Shown here: positions 42,916 to 51,852 of the stretch, one piece after another
Position numbering within the stretch: position 1 is the first letter of the stretch
How the letters are laid out: each line of letters begins with the position of its first letter
Assembly: GCA_964489425.1 (NCBI GenBank)
Contig: CAZAYP010000006.1
Coordinates: 47,802 to 111,801 of the forward strand
Length of the DNA: 64,000 nt
Source of the DNA: an uncultured Verrucomicrobiota bacterium
GTDB taxonomy: Bacteria; Verrucomicrobiota; Kiritimatiellia; RZYC01; CAZAYP01
Direction: 5' to 3'
The notes under the pieces: model-generated
What the model saw: only the letters and a program-made list of their open reading frames with translations
Database searches by the model: none
Told to the model about the DNA's origin: nothing
Position numbers and translations under genes: made by a program

Positions 42916-45120
42916 CTACTTGGACGGCGGAGCCGCCGGGTCGGGGCCATCGTCGCGCAGGTGGTCGGCGACGAACTGCTCCATGTTGATGATTTCGGGC
43001 AGGGGCATGGGCGGCGCCTCATCCACCGCCTTGTCGAGTTTCTTCTTTTTAATCAGGAACTCGGGTTGGCGTTCGACCATGGCAATGGCGCGGACATGCT
43101 TGATGATCCGGCTCATCTCGCCGATATACTCGTAGCAGTAGAGCGAGGAGATCGGCGTGATGCCCACCCCGCGATGCACGGTGCGGTCCGAGAGCACCTG
43201 CTTGAACTGGTTGCTCTGCTGGATGTAGTTGTCATAGGTAGTCAGGATTTTCGCCACCGCCTCGCCGCGATTTTCCATGGCCGGGTCAAAGGACTCCATG
43301 AGCTGCCGCAGGGAAATGGTCAGCAGCAGCAGCAGGTCGAAAATGTGCTCCAGCAGCTCGCGGTCGAACCGGCCCTCGGGGGTTTTCAGGCGGATGATGG
43401 TGATCTCGGCCATGCGCTCGATATGGTCATGGATGCGCTCGATGTCGATCATGCAGCCGTCCAGGTACTGGATCATCAGGGCCTGGCGGTGGGACAGGTA
43501 GCGCTTGGTGAGCGACTTCAGGTAGCGGTTCATGGCCTTCTTGATCTCGTCGACGATGTCCTCGTTGAGGAGCAGGTCGCGGATCATCTTGGGCTTGCGG
43601 ATGTTGAAGATCTCGCTGGCCATGCGCAGGCTGCGCGCGCACAGGTCGGTCATGCGCCGGCATTCCAACAGGCAGGCGGACAGCGCGGTTTCCGGCTTCT
43701 CCTGCAGTTCCGGGTCGAGGAAGCTGGGCTGCGGCGGCGGCTTGAAGCTGGGCACGATCAGCTCGATGAACCGCGCGTAGATCGCCGAGAACGGCAGGAA
43801 CAGCAGGGCGCCCGCGGTCTGGACAATGGTGTGCATGTTGGCGGCCTGGTGCACAAGGTCGCCGGTGGTCATGACCACCACCTTCATGGTGATGGGCGCC
43901 AGGAAAATAAAGAGGATGGCGTTGAGCACGTTGAACATGAGGTGGGCCACGGCGCAGCGCCGGGCGTTGATGTTGGTGCCGATGCAGGCCAGGAGCGCCG
44001 TGGCGCAGGTGCCGATGTGGGCGCCCAGGATGATGGGATACGCCTGGCTCAGGTCGGTGAACACCCCGGCATTGATCAGGGCATAACACATGCCCACCAT
44101 GGCGCCGCTGCTCTGGATGACGCCCGTGATGGCCGTGGATATCAGCACGCCCAGCACCAGGCCGCCCATGGTGTTGCCGTTAATGCCGGCGAGAATCGGG
44201 GCGAAATCGGCCCCGTAGGGCTTGATCGAGTCGCCCATCACGCGCATGCCCAGGAACAGCAGGCCGAAGCCGAGGATGGCGCTGCCGATGTCCTTGGCGC
44301 GCTGCCCCGGCGCGGCCATGCTCAGCAGGAAACCCAGCACCACGGCCACGTAGCAGTAGGCGTCCAGCTTGAACGAGATCATCTGCATCGAGAGGGTCGT
44401 GCCGATGTTGGCCCCGAGGATCGGCGGGATAGTCTGGGCGAGGCCCATCAGGCCGGCGTTGACAAACCCCACCAGCATGACCGTGGTGGCGCTGCTGTGC
44501 ACCAGGAACCCGAGCGTCGTGCCGGTCAGGATCCCGGCCAGCTTGTTGCCGCCGGTCTTGGCCAACACGATGCGCAGCTTGGCGCCCGCCGCGCTGCGCA
44601 GGCCCGTGGTCATGACGTTCATGCCAAAGATGAACAGCGCCAGGCCGCCCAGCACGTCGAACACCAGGAAGAAGATGTCCTCGCCCGTGACCTCGTGCCC
44701 GGTGCTCTTGCGCTTGAGTTCTTCTAGGCGCTCGGCAAACGGCCCGGTCGGATAGCGCGCCGCCAGGTTGGTGGTGAACGACTTCAACTCGGTGCGCCCG
44801 GCCTCGTACGCGGTCGCCTCGACCGCGTAATCGCGCTCCGCTGTCTGCAGCAGGCCGGTCTCGGCCAACCCCTCCGCCACCAGGAACCGCGCGGTGTGCA
44901 CCCGCTGCGTGGCACACAGCCACTGGTCCCGGCCCAGGAAATAGCCGCGGACCAGGTGGTCCCAGGCCTGCGCGTCATCGGTCGTGATGCCGCTGGCGGC
45001 AACCTGCTCGGCCAGCGCGGGCGGCGCGTCCGCCTGCGCCGCGCCCGGGCGAGCGGCCCATCCCAGCCAGGCGCACGCGATGAGCGCCCAAGTCCACCCT
45101 TGCCGCCGGCTGTTTCTCAT
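42916..45120 (-). CDS. Na+/phosphate cotransporter family protein (NptA-like) with a C-terminal PhoU-like domain and an N-terminal extracytoplasmic extension
   Basis: Contains GLALFIFGMNVMTTGL...HSSATTVMLVGFVNAG and a second repeat, VIQSSGAMVGMCYALINAG. The helical C-terminal PhoU-like region includes DEIKKAMNRYLKSLTKRYLS...ERIHDHIERMAEI. The ATG at 45120 gives the signal-like MRNSRRQGWTWALIACAWLGWAARPGAAQA. The track start at 45189 lies further upstream. Confidence 0.85.
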   Translation of the reverse strand: MRNSRRQGWTWALIACAWLGWAARPGAAQADAPPALAEQVAASGITTDDAQAWDHLVRGYFLGRDQWLCATQRVHTARFLVAEGLAETGLLQTAERDYAVEATAYEAGRTELKSFTTNLAARYPTGPFAERLEELKRKSTGHEVTGEDIFFLVFDVLGGLALFIFGMNVMTTGLRSAAGAKLRIVLAKTGGNKLAGILTGTTLGFLVHSSATTVMLVGFVNAGLMGLAQTIPPILGANIGTTLSMQMISFKLDAYCYVAVVLGFLLSMAAPGQRAKDIGSAILGFGLLFLGMRVMGDSIKPYGADFAPILAGINGNTMGGLVLGVLISTAITGVIQSSGAMVGMCYALINAGVFTDLSQAYPIILGAHIGTCATALLACIGTNINARRCAVAHLMFNVLNAILFIFLAPITMKVVVMTTGDLVHQAANMHTIVQTAGALLFLPFSAIYARFIELIVPSFKPPPQPSFLDPELQEKPETALSACLLECRRMTDLCARSLRMASEIFNIRKPKMIRDLLLNEDIVDEIKKAMNRYLKSLTKRYLSHRQALMIQYLDGCMIDIERIHDHIERMAEITIIRLKTPEGRFDRELLEHIFDLLLLLTISLRQLMESFDPAMENRGEAVAKILTTYDNYIQQSNQFKQVLSDRTVHRGVGITPISSLYCYEYIGEMSRIIKHVRAIAMVERQPEFLIKKKKLDKAVDEAPPMPLPEIINMEQFVADHLRDDGPDPAAPPSK

Positions 45121-45278
45121 ACGCTTTGGCTCATGTTCAATGATATAAGCATAAACAAGTAATTGTAGCGGTCGAAACAAGTATGTCAAGCGCCGATTGT
45201 GATGAATAATGCTTGCGGCGGGCGGGCCGCGCGTCTATCGTTACGGACCAATGTCGATGGTACCCGGGAGGATTGTGC

Positions 45279-45704
45279 ATGGCAACGGTTATTGTGCTGG
45301 ATGACGAGGAGCGGCTGCGCGAGTTGATCAAGCTCTCGCTGGTGGCGGAAGGCTATGAAACGCACGCCGTGGGCACGGCCGCGGAGGCGTTCAGCCTGCT
45401 CGACAGCCTGACGGCCAACACCACCTGCACGGCCCGCGACGTGCTGCTCATCACGGATATCCGGATGCCGGGCATGCACGGCCTCGAGGTCATCAGCAAG
45501 GTGCACCAGCGGTATCCCGGCCTGCCGATCATCGTGTGCAGCAGCATGGTGAACACCGCGACCGTGCAGGAGTCGTTCGAGCTGTGGGACGCCCGCCAGG
45601 ACGTCGTGGCGGTGTTGGACAAGCCGTTTAGTCCCAACGAGCTGCTGGCCAAGGTCAACGAGGCCTTGCGCGGATCCGGAGGCCGGCCGGGCCAGCCGGC
45701 CTGA
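45279..45704 (+). CDS. Stand-alone response-regulator receiver domain protein
   Basis: The ATG at 45279 is preceded by GGGAGG. MATVIVLDDEE...LLITDIRMPGMHGLEVISKV...PIIVCSS...LDKPF gives the canonical DD / D / S(T) / K receiver residues. There is no output domain. Confidence 0.8.
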   Translation: MATVIVLDDEERLRELIKLSLVAEGYETHAVGTAAEAFSLLDSLTANTTCTARDVLLITDIRMPGMHGLEVISKVHQRYPGLPIIVCSSMVNTATVQESFELWDARQDVVAVLDKPFSPNELLAKVNEALRGSGGRPGQPA

Positions 45705-45764
45705 TCATGCCGGGACGGGCCAGCGCGGCCGCGGCCGCGGCCGCGCACGGGGGAACTGACACTG

Positions 45765-48700
45765 ATGAATAGCACAAATCCTTGGTCGTTACCGCGGCGA
45801 TACTGGGCCTGGCTGGTGTTTGCCGGCGCCTTGGGCCTCTACCTGCTCACCCTCAGCCGGGGCGCGTTCCCCGGGCTGTCGGCCATGCTGATCGCCGGGC
45901 ACCTGGGCTGGAACCCCTTTCCCATGCTGGCCAACCCGTTGTGGGGGCTGGTGGCCCGGGCCCTGGCCGCGCTGCCGGCGGCCAACACGGCCCTGGTGCT
46001 GAACATTTTTTCCGCCCTGTGCGCGGCCGCGGTGGTGGCCCTGTTTTTCCTGTTCATGGCCGGCTGGCCGTATTTCCAACTGCCCGAGCGCTACCGACGC
46101 GCCGCCGTCAAGTCCATGGGCCAGTGGCTGGCCGCGGTGGTGGCCACAGTGGCCCTGGCCACCAGCGTACCGTTCTGGTACGTGGCCACCCGCGCCCATG
46201 CCGCCGCGTTCGACCTGCTGCTGCTGTTTCTCGCGCTCCACCTGCTGCTGCGTTTCGCCGCCGAGCCCCGCGTCGGCCGGCTGTACCTGCTGGCGCTCCT
46301 GTGGGGCCTGGGCACTGCGGAGTACGCGACGTTCATCGTGTTCACGCCCGTGGTGGTGGTGGTGTCCATCTACCTGCTGTGGCAGGCGCGCCTGTTCCTG
46401 TTCCGGCACCTGCTGGCCGGCTTCGGCCTGTACGGGCTGGGCCTGACCATGTACCTGGTCGGCGCCTGGATGTTTGCCCAGTACCCGGCCTACGAGTGGC
46501 GCGGGTTCACCGGCCTGCCCCAGGTGGTGTGGTACATCTGGCGCGACCAGTACCAGGCGATCGCCAAGAGCATGGGCGCCCTGGGCTGGCTGCTGGTGTT
46601 CATGAGCTCGGCATTCCCGGTGATCATGTTCCTGCTGCTGCCCCTGTCCGGCGAACGCGCGCTGCACTTCAAGGCCGGGTACCAGTTCCTGTTCTGGGTC
46701 CTGGGCATCATGGGCGTCTTGATCCTGGCCAACCTGCCGCCGGCGCCCTGGGCCATCACCGGGATGAACCCGTTCCTGGTCATGCCCTACGTCTTCTTCG
46801 CGGTCTGGTTCGGCCGCCTGGCGGGCCTGGGCTACATCATGCTCCGGTCCCGCGGCCACTATGACCCGCCGTGGCAAACCCGCGCCCAGGCGGTCGCCCG
46901 GCCGATGTACCTGGCGATCCTGGGCGTGGCCCTGCTGGCCAGCGCCTGGGCCAACCAGCGCGCCGTCACCCCGCGCTACGGCGACATCGCCGGCCGCTAC
47001 GCCCGCCAGATGCTGGCCGACCTGGGCGCCGCATCCTGGTTCATCAGCGACGGCATGCTGGACGACAACCTCCTCATCGTCGCCCGCGAAACCCGGCGGC
47101 CGCTCAAGCTGATCAACATGCGCTTCGCCAACAACAAGGGCTACCTCAACTACGTCGCCTCCCTGTTCAGTGACGAGCGCCTCCAGCGCTTTGCCCGGTT
47201 CGGGCTCGAGCCGCTCTTCCGCGAGTGGCTGGAGCGCGGGCCGGACCTGACCGGCGCGCTGGGCGTGGAGTCGTCGGCCAACCTGCTGCTGGCCACCGGC
47301 TACCAGGCCCTGCCGCAAGGCACGGTCTTCGCCGCTTCGCGCGCCACGAACACCCTGGACAGCGCCGCCCTGTTCGAGCAGTACCGCCAACTGTGGGCGC
47401 GGCCGGACCTCAACCTGCGCCTGCGCGTGCGGGAAGACAACCTCGGCGCGCTGGCCTACGCCCTGGTCAAGCAGCAGGCGTCCAAGCTGGCCAACAACCT
47501 CGGCGTGCTCATGGAAGACCAGGCCCGGCCGGACCTGGCGGTCGCCGCCTACGCAGAGGCGCGGATGATCGACACCAACAACCTCAGCGCCCTGCTGAAC
47601 CTCCTCGCCCTCAGCACGCGCGACCAGCGGCCGGAGGCCGCCCGGCTCGAGCAGCAGCTGGCGGATATCGCCGATCAGCGCAAAGGCAAGCTCAACGAGT
47701 GGGACCTGTCCAGCCTGTATGGCTACGTGCGCCATCCGCAGGCCTACGTCAACCGCGGCTACGTCTGGGCGCTGTCCGGCAAGCCCCAGGCCGCCCTGCA
47801 GGAGATCCAGCGCGCGCGCAGCATCGTGGGCGCCAACCCCCAGATCCAGCTATCCCTGGCGACCCTGTATTCCAGCCTCGGCCTGCGCGAGAACAGCCGC
47901 CAGGAGTTCCTGACCCTGCTGGACACGGATCCCGACAACCCCGCCGCCCTGCTGGGCCTGGCCGCGCTGGCGCTGCAGGATCAGGACCGGGCCGCCGCGG
48001 ACCAGTACCTGAAGCAGGCCCGGGCGCTGAACCTGGAAGCCCCCGCCGTCCTGCTGCAGGAAGCCCTGCTGGACTACTTCCTGGGCCGGCCCAAGGACGC
48101 CCTGGCCGCCCTGCGCAGCCTCGCCACCCGCGACGCCGACAACGCCCAGGTGTGGCTGGCGCTGGCGCTGCTTTCGTTTGAGCAGGGGGACCGGGCCACC
48201 GCCGAGGAGAACGCCAAGGTGCTTGCGGCCATGGTGGGCCGCCAGCCGGCCCTGGCCGTGCCCCTGGCGCAGCTGGAGATCGCGCTGGGCCAGACCAAGG
48301 CCGCCCGCGCCCACCTCGAAGAGGTGCTGCGCCTGCCGTCGGAGCAGGTGCGCGCCCTGGAACAGCTGTTGCGGCTGGATATCGTCGAAGGCATGCGCGA
48401 CGAGGCTGACCTGCACGTGGAACAGCTGATCAAGCTGCGGCCCGACAGCGCGTTCGGCAACTACATCCTCGGCACCATCCAATTCAGCCACGGCCAGCAG
48501 GCCCTGGCCGAAGAGTCTTTCCGCAACAGCCTGGTGGTCCAGCCCACCTGGGAGGCAATGAACGATTTGGCCTGGGTGCTGACGCGCCGAGGGACCCGCG
48601 CGGCCGACCAGGAGGCCTTGCGCCTGATCAAGCAGGCCATGGAGATCAACCCCAAGAATCCCGGATCCTGGGACACCTATGGCGTGATCCTGACCCACCT

Positions 48701-48923
48701 CGGCCAGTATGACGCCGCGCGCGAGGCCATCGCCAACGCGCTGTCCATGGCGCCCGGCCACCCGGACATGACCCTGCACATGGCCCAGCTCTACGAGAAA
48801 ACCGGCAACCCGGCCGAGAGCCTGCGCATGGCCGAAGACCTCATGCAGAAAATCTCCCTGATGAATCCCGAGACGCAGGACGAGCTGCGCGCCCTGCTGG
48901 CCCGCCTGCGGGGCAACGGATGA
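45765..48923 (+). CDS. Polytopic membrane protein with a long C-terminal TPR domain (GT-C / DUF2723-like glycosyltransferase suspected)
   Basis: The N-terminal ~400 aa hold about 10 hydrophobic helices (WAWLVFAGALGLYLLTL, ALVLNIFSALCAAAVVALFFLF, LLLLFLALHLLLRF, ...). These are followed by about 600 aa of TPR-like repeats (..AALQEIQRARSIVGANPQ.., ..LLDTDPDNPAALLGLAALAL.., ..AMEINPKNPGSWDTYGVIL..). Confidence 0.75.
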   Translation: MNSTNPWSLPRRYWAWLVFAGALGLYLLTLSRGAFPGLSAMLIAGHLGWNPFPMLANPLWGLVARALAALPAANTALVLNIFSALCAAAVVALFFLFMAGWPYFQLPERYRRAAVKSMGQWLAAVVATVALATSVPFWYVATRAHAAAFDLLLLFLALHLLLRFAAEPRVGRLYLLALLWGLGTAEYATFIVFTPVVVVVSIYLLWQARLFLFRHLLAGFGLYGLGLTMYLVGAWMFAQYPAYEWRGFTGLPQVVWYIWRDQYQAIAKSMGALGWLLVFMSSAFPVIMFLLLPLSGERALHFKAGYQFLFWVLGIMGVLILANLPPAPWAITGMNPFLVMPYVFFAVWFGRLAGLGYIMLRSRGHYDPPWQTRAQAVARPMYLAILGVALLASAWANQRAVTPRYGDIAGRYARQMLADLGAASWFISDGMLDDNLLIVARETRRPLKLINMRFANNKGYLNYVASLFSDERLQRFARFGLEPLFREWLERGPDLTGALGVESSANLLLATGYQALPQGTVFAASRATNTLDSAALFEQYRQLWARPDLNLRLRVREDNLGALAYALVKQQASKLANNLGVLMEDQARPDLAVAAYAEARMIDTNNLSALLNLLALSTRDQRPEAARLEQQLADIADQRKGKLNEWDLSSLYGYVRHPQAYVNRGYVWALSGKPQAALQEIQRARSIVGANPQIQLSLATLYSSLGLRENSRQEFLTLLDTDPDNPAALLGLAALALQDQDRAAADQYLKQARALNLEAPAVLLQEALLDYFLGRPKDALAALRSLATRDADNAQVWLALALLSFEQGDRATAEENAKVLAAMVGRQPALAVPLAQLEIALGQTKAARAHLEEVLRLPSEQVRALEQLLRLDIVEGMRDEADLHVEQLIKLRPDSAFGNYILGTIQFSHGQQALAEESFRNSLVVQPTWEAMNDLAWVLTRRGTRAADQEALRLIKQAMEINPKNPGSWDTYGVILTHLGQYDAAREAIANALSMAPGHPDMTLHMAQLYEKTGNPAESLRMAEDLMQKISLMNPETQDELRALLARLRGNG

Positions 48924-49702
48924 GCTCCGGCCGGCCCCCCCCCGGCACGCCCGGCCCGGCCTGGGCGGACACGTTCAAGGTTCATTCTTACGAGGTCGAT
49001 CTGCGGCACGAGCTGACCCTGCCGGCCCTGACGCGTTACCTTCAGGAAGCCGCCTGGCGGCACGCGGAGGAGCTGGGCTACGGCCTGGCCGCGATGCGCG
49101 CGCGCCACCTGGCCTTTGTTCTCGCGCGCCAGCTCATCCACATCCACCGCCAGCCCCGCTGGGGCGATGCCCTGCGGCTGCGCACCTGGCCGGCGGGGAA
49201 AGACCGCATTTTCTGCTACCGCGACTTCCGCTGGTTCGACGCCCACGGAATGGAGCTGGGATGGGCCGCCACCCTGTGGTTCGTGTTTGACCTGCGCACC
49301 CGCGAGCCGCAGCGGACCGACACGTACTTTCACCTGGATGCCGGTGACTGCGACCGGGTGCACCCCGGCCGGATCGGCAAGCTGCCCCCCCCGGCGCAAC
49401 CGGAGCCGACAGGCCGGGTCAGGGCTGGTTACACCGCCCTGGACATCAACGGCCACGTCAACAACGTGAGCTACCTGGACTGGATCCTGGACGGGTTCCC
49501 GGCCGAGTTCCACGCCGCGCACGCGGTGCGCGAGCTGGAGATCAATTACCTGGCGGAAGCGTTTCACAACGAAGACCTGCTGATCCAGGCGGCCGCCCAG
49601 GGCGAGGTCACGGAACACAGCATCGTGACCCCGGACAGCGCCAAGGAAGTCTGCCGGGCACGCATCACCTGGGCGCCGCGCCCGGCCACGGAGCTGCCAT
49701 GA
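48920..49702 (+). CDS. Acyl-ACP thioesterase family protein
   Basis: Contains FKVHSYEVDLRHELTLPALTRYLQEAAWRHAEELG and ALDINGHVNNVSYLDWILD, the double-hotdog FatA/B-like signatures. The start is an ATGA overlap with the upstream stop. Confidence 0.8.
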   Translation: MSSGRPPPGTPGPAWADTFKVHSYEVDLRHELTLPALTRYLQEAAWRHAEELGYGLAAMRARHLAFVLARQLIHIHRQPRWGDALRLRTWPAGKDRIFCYRDFRWFDAHGMELGWAATLWFVFDLRTREPQRTDTYFHLDAGDCDRVHPGRIGKLPPPAQPEPTGRVRAGYTALDINGHVNNVSYLDWILDGFPAEFHAAHAVRELEINYLAEAFHNEDLLIQAAAQGEVTEHSIVTPDSAKEVCRARITWAPRPATELP

Positions 49703-50733
49703 GCCGCCCGTGGCGCGCCATCCGGCGCGGGCTCCTGGTGCTGGCCGGCGGACTGCTGCTGGCCGTGGCCGGCATCGAGCTTGCCAGCCGCCGGCCGCCG
49801 CCCCCGGCCGCCTTCCCGATGGACAAAGCCCGCATCAGCCTCTGGGCCGCGCGCGAGCGGCAGCACCCGTGGCTGCGCGGCGCCACGAACGAGCTGCGGG
49901 TGGCCATCCTGGGCGACTCCATCACCGCCGGCGCCGGGGTCCAGGGCTACTGTGTCTACGGCCAGCAGCTGGAATGGATGCTCAATCTCAACCGCGACAC
50001 GCCGCCGGCCGCAGTCGGCGTGTTCGCCCAGGCCGGCACCTCGCCGGTCAACCAGCGCTTCCTGATGAAACGCGCGCTGGATTTCCAGCCCAGCCTTCTG
50101 ATTCTCGGCACCACGATCAGCGATCTGGAGGATCGTGACGTGCCCGGCCCCCTGTTCACGCTGATCGCAGATACCCAGCCGCGCGACCCGCCGCCATGGC
50201 TGGCGCGCGCCGCCCGCTTCAGCCGCGCCGCGGAGCGCCTGGCGCGCTGGCGCGAGCAGCGCCGGGTCCACGCCGCAGTCCGCCGTTACTACGCCTTCAT
50301 CTTCCGCGACGATTATTCCGGATGGGGCAAGTTTCAGCGCGCCGTGCGGGCGTTCCGCGACGCCTGCCGCGAGCGCCAGATCCAGTTCGTGGTGCTCATC
50401 ATCCCGCCGATGTTCGATGTCCATGTGCCGCCCGGCGGGCTGGAACCCTACAGCCGCATGCTGCGCCAGTTCCTCAACGCGGAGCAGATTCCCGGCCTGG
50501 ACCTGCTGCCGCTCCTGGAAGCGTACGCCCCCGCGCGCCTGGAACTGGTTCCGGACGTGGACGCGCACTTCAACGAGCTGGGCCACCGGATCGTGGCGGA
50601 AAACCTGTTCGCCTACCTGGTGCTCAACGGCCTGGTGCCGGCAGCGTACACCCCGGAGCATATGAGCCATGCCTCGCTCTCGCGCATCTGGGGCGCGCAC
50701 CAGCCGCGCATCCCGCCTTCGGAACCGCCATGA
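49699..50733 (+). CDS. SGNH/GDSL-family hydrolase (membrane-anchored)
   Basis: There is an N-terminal TM helix (GLLVLAGGLLLAVAGI). Block I is VAILGDSITAG and block V is DAHFNELGH. The start is an ATGA overlap with the thioesterase stop. Confidence 0.7.
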   Translation: MSRPWRAIRRGLLVLAGGLLLAVAGIELASRRPPPPAAFPMDKARISLWAARERQHPWLRGATNELRVAILGDSITAGAGVQGYCVYGQQLEWMLNLNRDTPPAAVGVFAQAGTSPVNQRFLMKRALDFQPSLLILGTTISDLEDRDVPGPLFTLIADTQPRDPPPWLARAARFSRAAERLARWREQRRVHAAVRRYYAFIFRDDYSGWGKFQRAVRAFRDACRERQIQFVVLIIPPMFDVHVPPGGLEPYSRMLRQFLNAEQIPGLDLLPLLEAYAPARLELVPDVDAHFNELGHRIVAENLFAYLVLNGLVPAAYTPEHMSHASLSRIWGAHQPRIPPSEPP

Positions 50734-50833
50734 ATCTGCTTTAAATGCGGCGCGGCCCGTGCCATCGTGAAGGCTGGTTGGCCGCCGCGACCGGGCGCCG
50801 CCAAATCAACGGGAAAGACGGAGGTAACCGACC

Positions 50834-51838
50834 ATGGCCAGTCTGGTGGTGCAGATGCCCGCCCTTAACGAGGAGCGGACCATCGCGGAAGTGATCGCGC
50901 AAATCCCGCGCCGCATCCCGGGCGTGGACGAGGTGCGCGTCGTAGTGGTCGATGACGGGTCCACGGACCGCACCGGCGAACTGGCGCGCGCGGCCGGAGC
51001 GGACGTGGTGCGCCATGGGCAGCGCCGCGGCGTGGGTGCGGCCTTCCGCTCGGGCATCGAGCGCGCCACGGCCCTGGGCGCGGACTACGTGGTCACCATC
51101 GACGCCGACGGCCAGTTTGATCCCCACGACATTCCCCAGGTGATCCAGCCCCTGCTGGACGGCTCGGCGGACTTCGTCACCGCGTCCCGGTTCATCGACC
51201 CCGCGCTGGCGCCGACAATGCCGTACATGAAGCGCTGGGGCAACGACTTCATGGCCCGCTGGATCAGCCGCCTGACCGGCCAGCGGTTTTACGATGTGTC
51301 CTGCGGGTTCCGCGCCTACTCGCGCAACGCCTACCTGCGCCTGGTGCTGCTGGGCTCGTTCACCTACACCCACGAAACCTTCCTCAACCTGGCGTTCAGC
51401 GGGGTGCGCATCCAGGAGGTCCCGGTCCGGGTGCGCGGCGTGCGTGAGTTCGGCACGTCGCGCGTGGCCAACAACCTGTTCAACTACGGGTGGCGCACCT
51501 CCAGCATCATCCTCAAAACCTACCGCGACTACCGTCCCTTGCGCTTCTTCGGGTACCTGGCGCTGGTCCTCTTCCTCATCGCGCTGGGGTTTGCCGGGTT
51601 CCTGGCCTACATCAAGGTCACCACCGGCGGGTTTTCGCCGCACAAATGGTCCGGTTTTGTGGCCGGCGCCTTGGCCGGCGCGAGCATGGCGATCTACATG
51701 ATGGGCGTGGTGGCGGAAATGCTCGACCGCATCCGCGTGGCCCAGGACGAGACCTTGTTCCGCGTGCGCCAACTCGAATACCGCCTGGCCAAGCTGACCG
51801 AAACCCGGCCGCCCGATCCGCCGGCCAGGGCCGGGTAG
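50834..51838 (+). CDS. Family 2 glycosyltransferase, polyprenol-phosphate sugar synthase type (GtrB/ArnC/Dpm1-like)
   Basis: GGAGG lies upstream of the ATG. The sequence reads VVQMPALNEERTI...VVVVDDGSTDRT...VVTIDADGQFDP. Two C-terminal TM helices (FFGYLALVLFLIALGFAGFLAYI and FVAGALAGASMAIYMMGVVAEML) are typical of this subgroup. Confidence 0.85.
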   Translation: MASLVVQMPALNEERTIAEVIAQIPRRIPGVDEVRVVVVDDGSTDRTGELARAAGADVVRHGQRRGVGAAFRSGIERATALGADYVVTIDADGQFDPHDIPQVIQPLLDGSADFVTASRFIDPALAPTMPYMKRWGNDFMARWISRLTGQRFYDVSCGFRAYSRNAYLRLVLLGSFTYTHETFLNLAFSGVRIQEVPVRVRGVREFGTSRVANNLFNYGWRTSSIILKTYRDYRPLRFFGYLALVLFLIALGFAGFLAYIKVTTGGFSPHKWSGFVAGALAGASMAIYMMGVVAEMLDRIRVAQDETLFRVRQLEYRLAKLTETRPPDPPARAG

Positions 51839-51852
51839 CGCGGGGTCGCTCC

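Noticed and set aside
45723-45746. 24-nt perfect palindrome gcgcggccgcggccgcggccgcgc (three overlapping NotI sites) between the receiver gene and the TPR membrane protein gene
   Set aside because: It is a simple (GCGGCC)n tract in a GC-rich spacer. It could form a hairpin but has no U-tract and no second copy in the window. There is not enough evidence to call it a terminator or regulatory site.
42901-47735. 608-aa plus ORF (42901-44727) and 648-aa minus ORF (45789-47735)
   Set aside because: The first is antisense to the Na/Pi cotransporter. The second is antisense to the TPR membrane protein. Both are His/Arg/Gly/Ala/Gln-rich without motifs.
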